The position numbers and the translations under genes are program-made. This document shows, in pieces, positions 44,731 through 51,474 of a stretch of DNA of 51,474 bases; the stretch's first letter is position 1; each line of letters starts with the position of its first letter. The stretch comes from Chrysochromulina tobinii (lineage: Eukaryota). The notes under the pieces were generated by a model. It saw only the letters and a list, made by a program, of their open reading frames with translations, was not told the origin of the DNA and did not search any database. The stretch lies in the NCBI GenBank assembly GCA_001275005.1, contig JWZX01003106.1, positions 1 to 51,474 on the forward strand, read 5' to 3'.

Positions 44731-46752
44731 ATGCCACCAAAAAAGGACGGCAGCGGCATCACGACGGCCCGCGGCGAGGTGCTGCGCTTCAAGTCGCCCG
44801 CCGAATTCTTCTCCGAGAACAAGAACATCGCCGGCTTCGACAACCCGGGCAAGAGCCTGTACACGACCATACGAGAGCTCGTGGAGAACTCGCTCGACGC
44901 GTGCGAGTCGATCCGCGAGCTGCCCGACATCGAGATCGCAATCCACGAGCTCGATGGCGCCGATCTGAACAAGGTGCTCGGTCTCGCCACGCACGAGCGG
45001 CGCGACGAGGCTCTGTTCAAGGATGATGAGGCTGGCAAGAAGAAGGGCAAGGGGAAGGCGACTGCGGCGGCGGGCGCCGCGGACGCGGGCGACGATGATG
45101 GCGAGGAGAGCGTTGCCAAGAGGCCTGGCGGCAAAAGCAAGAGCGACACGCTCTACTACCGCGTGACCGTGCGCGACAATGGGTGTGGCATGAAGCACGA
45201 GCAGATTCCGAACATGCTCGGGCGCGTCCTCTCGGGCTCCAAGTACGGCGTGCGCCAGACGCGCGGCAAGTTCGGTCTGGGCGCCAAGATGGCCCTCATC
45301 TGGTCCAAGCAGAGCACCGGCATGCCCGTCGACGTGCGCTCCTCGCAAGGGGCCTCGAAGCCCATCTCGGTCTGCCGTCTCGACATCGACATACAGAAGA
45401 ATGAGCCGCGCGTGCAGCTGCATGAGCAGACGCCCAACGAGCAAGGGTGGCGCGGCTCCGAGATCTCGCTGCTCGTGGGCGGCGCGTGGTCCTCGTACCG
45501 CTCGTACATCGTCAAGTATCTCCGCCAGATGGCGGTGATCACACCGTACGCGCGCTTCCGCCTCCGGGTTGGCACGCTTGGTGAGCGTAACACGCTCGCG
45601 CTCGAGTACGCTCGCCGCTCGGACGAGATGCCGCCCACGCCGTCGTATATCAAGCCCCACCCGGCCTCGGTGCACGCCGAGCTGCTTCAGACCTTACTGC
45701 GCGAGACGAAGGAGAAGACGCTCGTCAAGTTCCTCGCCAAGGACTTCAGCTGCATCGACGCGAAGCTCGCGGCCCGCTTGGTGGATGAGCTGCGTCTTGA
45801 GCGCGAGACGGACGCGTCGGCGCTCGAGCACAAGCAGGTGGTGCAGCTCGCGCACCTGATGAGAGATGCCAAGTTCGCCGCCGTGCCCGTCGACTGCCTC
45901 TCGCCCGTCGGCGAGTACAATTTGCGACTTGGCATTATGAAGGAGCTGCGCCCCGAGATGGTTGCGACCTTCCAAGACGCGGGGTGCTCCCACGAAGGCC
46001 ATCCGCTGATCATCGAGGCGGGCGTGTGCCTGGGCGGGCGCGACGCCAAGCCGGGCATTACCGTCTACCGCTTCGCCAACCGCATTCCTCTCTTATTCGA
46101 AGGAGGGGCGGATGTTGCGACCCAGGTGAGCAAACGGCGCATCCACTGGGCGACGTATAAGATCCGGCAGAACCAGGACAAGGTGGGCGTCTTCGTGTCG
46201 CTCGTGTCGACCAAGGTGCCCTTCAAGGGGACGGGCAAGGAGTACATTGGAGACGACATCCCCGAGGTGCAGCAGGCGGTCAAGCGCGCGCTCGAAAAGT
46301 GCTGCCTGCAACTCAAGGCGACGCTTCTGAAGCAGCGTGCTCTCGCGGACGACAAGGAGCGACGCAAGAACCTGACCAAGTACATTCCCGACGTGTCCAC
46401 CGCCATCTACAAAATGCTCCATGCGGCCGCCGAGGGCGCCGAGGGTGGCGGGGAGAGCAGCGGCGCGCAGGCTGGTGCGGGCCTCAAGCGGCACCAGCCC
46501 GACCACGAGGCACTGCTCGAGGACGTGCGTGCGAAGCGCGTGCGCCAGGAGACGCTCGCCGACAAGCTGCGGCTGCACGTGGAGCTGGCGGACACGACCG
46601 CCGCGCTCGAGACCGTCACCGCCGTCGGCATGCTTCGGCCACGCCAGGAGCTTTTCCTGAGCCCCTTTGACGAGAGCGCGCCGCGCGTCGCCGAGCTGCA
46701 TCACCCGCACTTCGTACTCCGGTTGCAGGAACGGTGCGTATTTATCCCGTGA
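44731..46752 (+). CDS. TOP6B: DNA topoisomerase VI subunit B
   Basis: SPAEFFSENKNIAGFDNPGKSLYTTIRELVENSLDA, DNGCGM, QTRGKFGLGAK, RFANRIPLLFE and STKVPFKGTGKE. Confidence 0.96.
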   Translation: MPPKKDGSGITTARGEVLRFKSPAEFFSENKNIAGFDNPGKSLYTTIRELVENSLDACESIRELPDIEIAIHELDGADLNKVLGLATHERRDEALFKDDEAGKKKGKGKATAAAGAADAGDDDGEESVAKRPGGKSKSDTLYYRVTVRDNGCGMKHEQIPNMLGRVLSGSKYGVRQTRGKFGLGAKMALIWSKQSTGMPVDVRSSQGASKPISVCRLDIDIQKNEPRVQLHEQTPNEQGWRGSEISLLVGGAWSSYRSYIVKYLRQMAVITPYARFRLRVGTLGERNTLALEYARRSDEMPPTPSYIKPHPASVHAELLQTLLRETKEKTLVKFLAKDFSCIDAKLAARLVDELRLERETDASALEHKQVVQLAHLMRDAKFAAVPVDCLSPVGEYNLRLGIMKELRPEMVATFQDAGCSHEGHPLIIEAGVCLGGRDAKPGITVYRFANRIPLLFEGGADVATQVSKRRIHWATYKIRQNQDKVGVFVSLVSTKVPFKGTGKEYIGDDIPEVQQAVKRALEKCCLQLKATLLKQRALADDKERRKNLTKYIPDVSTAIYKMLHAAAEGAEGGGESSGAQAGAGLKRHQPDHEALLEDVRAKRVRQETLADKLRLHVELADTTAALETVTAVGMLRPRQELFLSPFDESAPRVAELHHPHFVLRLQERCVFIP

Positions 46753-46916
46753 ATGCACCTACCGGGGGGGCGTGGGGTTTGGGCTGCCCAAACCTGTAGA
46801 GAATCAGCGTTTTACGAAAACGCACATGAGTCATTTTAAGTCTGACGGCACTCTCGTGATGTTTCACAGCCACTGTTTATAATGTTTCACAGTCCGCCGT
46901 GTCCGCAAGGAAGTAC

Positions 46917-47525
46917 ATGAAGAGCCACGGCAACATCAAGGCCGTGATGAGGCACGGCTTTTCAGCGGTAACGCCTGAGCTCGCCATGAATTGTAGCATG
47001 CTGCTGATTGGACTGAGCTTTCTCGTTTGGCACGAATGGTGGCTGTTCCACCTAATGGTCTGGAAGCCTAAGGCACGGGCAGCTCGTGTGCGAGCAGCAC
47101 TGGTGCACTCGCCCAATGCGGTAGCAGCTACGTTGCTCGGTTCCTTTGCAGTGGCTTACGTGCGCTCTTCCAAGATGAACGACGAGGCTCACCTTTTGTG
47201 GACGGCGGTAGTCATCGCGTCGCCCACAACTTGCACATGCCTCGCGATTGCTTTGGAGAGGCGAAGGCAAAGCACAGGCCCGCACGTGACGGATTTTGTC
47301 TTTGGTTGTGCGTTGCTCGCCAGCCTCGTTATCTGCGCGCTCGGCTTGGTGGGCATCGCGCCGCCCGGCTTTGACTATGAAAACTCGAGCTGGCCAGGTA
47401 CGCTCGCGCTGCAGCTGCTTGTGGGCGGCCCATTTTACGGTGGTATCCCTGCAGCAGTTATTCGCGTTGCGTGCGCAGTCTTGCCGGCTGGTGCAGCATC
47501 GGTGGCGAGGCCGCATGCCGATTGA
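46917..47525 (+). CDS. Multi-pass membrane protein
   Basis: ORF with about five hydrophobic segments. Confidence 0.55.
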   Translation: MKSHGNIKAVMRHGFSAVTPELAMNCSMLLIGLSFLVWHEWWLFHLMVWKPKARAARVRAALVHSPNAVAATLLGSFAVAYVRSSKMNDEAHLLWTAVVIASPTTCTCLAIALERRRQSTGPHVTDFVFGCALLASLVICALGLVGIAPPGFDYENSSWPGTLALQLLVGGPFYGGIPAAVIRVACAVLPAGAASVARPHAD

Positions 47526-48278
47526 TTGTATCTGAATCTGAAATCGAATCTTTACTACGACCAATACCGCGCGAGGAGCCCCGCCCGTAGGGTCCCTACG
47601 ACCCCGCCACATCAGCGCCGCATTGCCCCGCCGCCGCGCGCGACCCGCGCGCGGGCAGCCGCGCCACCGCCGAGCGGGACGCGAACATCCGGACGCGACG
47701 CGCCCCGACCGACGGCGACGCGCGGCACCGCCGCGCCCCGGTCGTACGGCCGCCGGCGCACCGAGGCAATTCGGCGCCGAGGACGACATTTGGGGGGGGT
47801 GGTCCGCGCGGTTGGCCCGCCTGCGCCCGCGCCGCTCGCGCCGGGATGATCGCGTAAGCCGTTACGAATCCGTCGACACCGATGCACGTTCTATATAGAA
47901 AAAGAATGCGTAGAGGACGCATGTCGTTTGACTGTATACGGAGCGTCCGCGCATAAGCGCCCGTAACGATTCCACGTAACGGTAAACGGCGGCGCGCCCC
48001 GCCGCGCGCGCGCGTCCTCGGTCCTCGGACCCACGGTGCGTACGAAATGTTACGTCGGACTTCGTTGGAGAGGACAGGGGTCGCGCGGGGCGTCGCGCGC
48101 GGGTCTGAGGGCCGGGAGGGTTCAGTCGAGTTTACCCGACCGCGGACCCTTAAATGACGGAACCCTGGATATCAGTCACACGAAGCCATGGGCATCATTA
48201 ATTAGAACACGCGACGCCAGTGATGTCGATTACTTCCGGGACCACTCGGCCCCTCCGCATGTTACAACCTGTCGGAGC

Positions 48279-48914
48279 CTAGAAGTCGCTTCGAACAAAT
48301 CCTCGCGCTACGAGCTCTTCCTTCGAGAGGACGACGCCATTCTCGCAGATGTACGGGAACGCGTCGCCAGCCTTCACCGAGTACTCGGAGCGAATGTTTA
48401 AGGGAGAGTCGCATCGAACAAACCCTCGCGCGACGAGCTCTTCCTTCGAGAGGACGACGCCATTCTCGCAGATGTACGGGAACGCGTCGCCAGCCTTCAC
48501 CGAGTGTTCAGAGCGAATGTTTAAGGGAGATTGAGCTAGTCCTCGCGCGACGAGCTCTTCCTTCGAGAGGATGACGCCATCCTCGCAAATGTATGGGAAA
48601 GCATTGCCGGCCTTGACCGAGTCCTCAGAGCTCAAAAAAAACTGCACTTCTCGTCGTGGTGGCCGGCCGAGCTCTGCCGGGCTAAGGTCCGTTGGCATCT
48701 TGCCGGGAAAGCACATTTTCGTTGGTGCTTCGTGATGGTGGGCGACGTTGGCCGCGGCCGGTCCGTTTCGTTGGGGATGGGCGGCATGCAGATCTTGCAG
48801 CGCGCGTGCCTTTTTCAGCCAACGGAATAGGCCGAATGCGGGCTGCTTGAACGACCGCTTGAAGAGCGGCTCTCTCTGGGCTGTGCGTATAGCTCGTGGC
48901 TCAAGCATCGACAT
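48279..48914 (-). CDS. Small protein with three tandem ~40-aa repeats (SVKAGDAFPYICENGVVLSKEELVARG…)
   Basis: DNA repeat periods are 123 and 117 bp. Differences between copies are largely synonymous in this frame. Start uncertain. Confidence 0.7.
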   Translation of the reverse strand: MSMLEPRAIRTAQREPLFKRSFKQPAFGLFRWLKKARALQDLHAAHPQRNGPAAANVAHHHEAPTKMCFPGKMPTDLSPAELGRPPRREVQFFLSSEDSVKAGNAFPYICEDGVILSKEELVARGLAQSPLNIRSEHSVKAGDAFPYICENGVVLSKEELVARGFVRCDSPLNIRSEYSVKAGDAFPYICENGVVLSKEELVARGFVRSDF

Positions 48915-49238
48915 GGCGCGCTCCCAGGTGCCGTCCTGGACAGTTCGTCCTCGTCAAAGCCGACGGTCGGTACGGGAGACCATTTTGACGAAGCCGATTC
49001 CCTCGAGGTTTATTTAAAAGTCTTCATTTCCACACCCCAAAAGCAAGCAAGCAAATTAGCAACGGTATCTCGACTGAATGTGAAACCGCGTAGAACTTGA
49101 CTTGCAGCACAAAATAGGAAGGTGCGAAGGCTGAAAAGAGGGCGCCCTTCTCCTGTGGGCATCCGTCTCGGCATTGGTCGGCATCCGTCTGACGCTGCTG
49201 CTTTAGCGCGACTCCGACCCGATTTTTAGCGAAGCTCG

Positions 49239-50258
49239 ATGCCATACTTGCACAAGAAAAAATGGGGCGGCGTCGAGTCACTCGGCAAGCGCTCGCTCCT
49301 CGTTGACCCGCACTTGTACTCGGCCCCCGTGGGCACAGTGCGGGTGCCGACGCGGCTCATGCACAGCGGCTTCGGGCCGGACGAAGCCGGCCCCGTCGTC
49401 TTTTGGCGAAGCAAGACGCGCACGAGCTCCTTCGCCGAATGGATGGAGCTGCACGATGCTGCTGACGGCGCGACTCTCTGGCGTGCCGAGTCACGCTACT
49501 CGGACCGCGCCGCGCCCGTCGACACGGTCGATCCGAAGACAGGCAAGGTGCTCACAGAGTACCTGACGGTCGTGCGGATGTACCTCGAGTCCGAGACGCG
49601 GCCGCGGCTCATGATCGTCCATCGCGACCAGAAGCCCGCCGGCCTGCGCTCCGAGACAGCCAGCCGGCAACTCTCGGTGTATACGCTCGACATGGAAGGA
49701 GCTGGCGCCAAGGACCGTGCGAGCGCGTCGAGGGGTCGGTTCCCGGGCAGCGCACCGCACAATCCATCTGCCAGTACGAACCCCGACGATCTCGCCGACG
49801 ATCTCGAGGAGCCCGCGGACCAGTTCGAGTTTGCGCCGCTGCCCGATGGCGGGGATATCTTTCAGATCTCGTGCAACAACCTGTTGACGAACATTGCGCT
49901 GACGGCGGTGTCGCTCACGGGCGCCAGCGCGGGCCCCGGCGGCGACGTGCGCGTCCTCGCACGCATGAAGCGGCCGAGCGAGACCGAGCAGCGCTGGGTC
50001 GACATTGACGGCGGTCTCGACGTGCCGTTGGTCACGATGCTCCTCTGCGCGGTGGACCAGCTTCTGATCTCGCACGCGGTGATCGACTACGACGTGGCGT
50101 GGCCGTCCGACTACGCCTTCGCGAACGGCGAGTGCTGCTTGAGCCGCAAGCCCGAAGCGGTGCGTCTCAATGACCTCTCAGACAATGGGATCCAGACCGA
50201 GGGTGTCGAGCCAAGGCCGACAGATCGACCGAGCCGCATGTGCCTCGGCCTCTTCTGA
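49239..50258 (+). CDS. Hypothetical protein, possible Tubby C-terminal/LURP1-like fold
   Basis: Beta-rich ORF ending VDIDGGLDVPLVTMLLCAVDQ, resembling the terminal helix of that fold. Confidence 0.5.
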   Translation: MPYLHKKKWGGVESLGKRSLLVDPHLYSAPVGTVRVPTRLMHSGFGPDEAGPVVFWRSKTRTSSFAEWMELHDAADGATLWRAESRYSDRAAPVDTVDPKTGKVLTEYLTVVRMYLESETRPRLMIVHRDQKPAGLRSETASRQLSVYTLDMEGAGAKDRASASRGRFPGSAPHNPSASTNPDDLADDLEEPADQFEFAPLPDGGDIFQISCNNLLTNIALTAVSLTGASAGPGGDVRVLARMKRPSETEQRWVDIDGGLDVPLVTMLLCAVDQLLISHAVIDYDVAWPSDYAFANGECCLSRKPEAVRLNDLSDNGIQTEGVEPRPTDRPSRMCLGLF

Positions 50259-50510
50259 AGCGTTGGGGTGGGGGATCCTGCGCGCTCACAATCGGCGCCG
50301 GCGGCGGGGCGGGCGGGCGTGCACATCAAAGTTCGCGGACGTGTGACGACGGGCGCTTACCGGTTTGTGCGGTCAGTGGGAGTCCGTTCCTGTCCAGGAA
50401 CAGCAGGCTGTCATGACCCCCCAAAACAGCGTGAACCATTTGCTGCCTGTTCACGCTTTGACCTTTGTTCACGCGACAAAAAAAGACGGCGGCGCGCGGA
50501 GTCAACCCTG

Positions 50511-51474
50511 ATGCAGGCGGAAGAAAATCAGGCAAAGCCGGCACCGGCGATCACCGTGGATCAACCAGCGATCGCAGTAATCCGGCGCGCCACCTCGGAG
50601 CCGCTCTTAAACGATCGTCCCTTTGCCGATCTGCCAAAGGCCGGAGAGGAGCAGGGAAAGATCCCGATCGTGCTGTGCCACCGCGCAGAGGAGCATCGTG
50701 CTGAAGCCTTTCGTAAAACGTTTACGCTGGACAAGGACGATCCGACCGGAAGTAGGGAGGACCCGGAGCCAATCCCGTCCGAGGTTTCCCTGTCGCAGCC
50801 TCCGTCTCCGTCGAAAGTCTCGCGTACACTCGCGAGTGCTGGCTTGGATGGGGGCTCGGGCACCGCGAGCACGACCTCGGGCGTGTCGCCGTCCGCAGGG
50901 AGCACGGCCGCGCCCACACGCGTGCTGCCGCTCAACCTGCAGGGCTCCCATGCCTCGCAGGGCGACTCGGCGTCGGCGTCCATCCCCTCTGTCAGTCGCG
51001 GCTCGAGTCTCGGCTCCGTGAGCACGGCAGCTGGCTCGACTGCGGAGGGCTCGGTGGCGGACGCGGCTGAGCCGTCCGCGGATGACGCGCCCGAGAACAC
51101 CGCCGCGGCAGCTACAGGGCCAGTGGCGGCGAGTGCTCCGGTCGCGCCCGCTGCGGCGCCACCGAGCCCGTCACGACCATCAGCAGACGTGAGTGGCAAC
51201 AGCGGAAGCGTGGATGCCGGCGACTCAACTGCGGCGCCCTCGACGTCCACGGCCGCGGGCGCCGCCTCGCCTGCTTTCGCCGGCCCGTCCGGCGGCTGTG
51301 CCACGCCGCCGCCCTGGCGGGCCTCCCTCGCCGTCGCTGCGGCGCCCACTGCCGATGCCGACGCCGCTGCCCCCCCTACTACTGAGGCCGCTGGCACCAC
51401 TTCTGCAGGCTCGTCTGCTGTCGCGAGCCCGCAGAGGTGTCCGTCCGCCGCCAGCGCCACCTCCGCTGCGTCCG
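50511..51474 (+). CDS. 5' part of a Ser/Ala/Pro-rich protein, truncated by the window end
   Basis: Open frame from ATG 50511 (MQAEENQAKPAPAITVDQP…) to the end of the window; absent from the ORF track because it has no stop. Confidence 0.55.
   Translation, partial: MQAEENQAKPAPAITVDQPAIAVIRRATSEPLLNDRPFADLPKAGEEQGKIPIVLCHRAEEHRAEAFRKTFTLDKDDPTGSREDPEPIPSEVSLSQPPSPSKVSRTLASAGLDGGSGTASTTSGVSPSAGSTAAPTRVLPLNLQGSHASQGDSASASIPSVSRGSSLGSVSTAAGSTAEGSVADAAEPSADDAPENTAAAATGPVAASAPVAPAAAPPSPSRPSADVSGNSGSVDAGDSTAAPSTSTAAGAASPAFAGPSGGCATPPPWRASLAVAAAPTADADAAAPPTTEAAGTTSAGSSAVASPQRCPSAASATSAAS

Noticed and set aside
44536..45675. 379-aa minus-strand ORF
   Set aside because: Antisense shadow of TOP6B; its tail comes from the inverted duplication.
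20182..46752. Metabolic gene cluster (ilvD, PDS, Rieske, TOP6B)
   Set aside because: Unrelated pathways and compartments; an ordinary eukaryotic gene neighbourhood.
47589..48153. TIR transposon bounded by AGGGTCC…GGACCCT
   Set aside because: The inverted match is only 7 bp and the flanks give no consistent TSD.
50561..51460. 299-aa minus-strand ORF
   Set aside because: Mirror of the plus-strand frame starting at ATG 50511, which has a more plausible start and upstream region.
1..51474. Fanzor/TnpB, tRNA, rRNA or snRNA genes
   Set aside because: No RuvC plus zinc-finger pattern, cloverleaf or snRNA signature was recognised by eye; HMM and covariance-model searches would be needed to exclude them fully.

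Overview
Gene-dense, GC-rich eukaryotic nuclear DNA with short spliceosomal introns. A haptophyte alga is likely and Chrysochromulina-like is my best guess (inference from phytoene desaturase, a bipartite plastid presequence, topoisomerase VIB and the intron style). About 25 protein-coding genes are present. Recognisable ones are phytoene desaturase, dihydroxy-acid dehydratase, the mitochondrial Rieske protein, TOP6B, a kinesin, an SLX9-like protein, a GT31 glycosyltransferase, a ShK-domain protein, a PDZ-WW protein and an ATP-grasp protein. An accessory block at about 11.8-20.2 kb holds an internally deleted Ty1/copia element, a TM-HET-LRR gene truncated by that element, an orphan gene and two tandem non-LTR retroelement remnants. 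The most unusual signal is intron architecture. Introns in two unrelated genes end in a near-identical hairpin-forming 20-mer, CTGAT(G/T)GCCTCCCTCATCAG. Two of them begin with a copy of the sequence that follows them, and they carry repeated branch-point-like motifs. This suggests an active intron-creating mechanism. I found no CRISPR array, tRNA, rRNA or Fanzor/TnpB gene. All family calls come from motif recognition by eye, not database searches.
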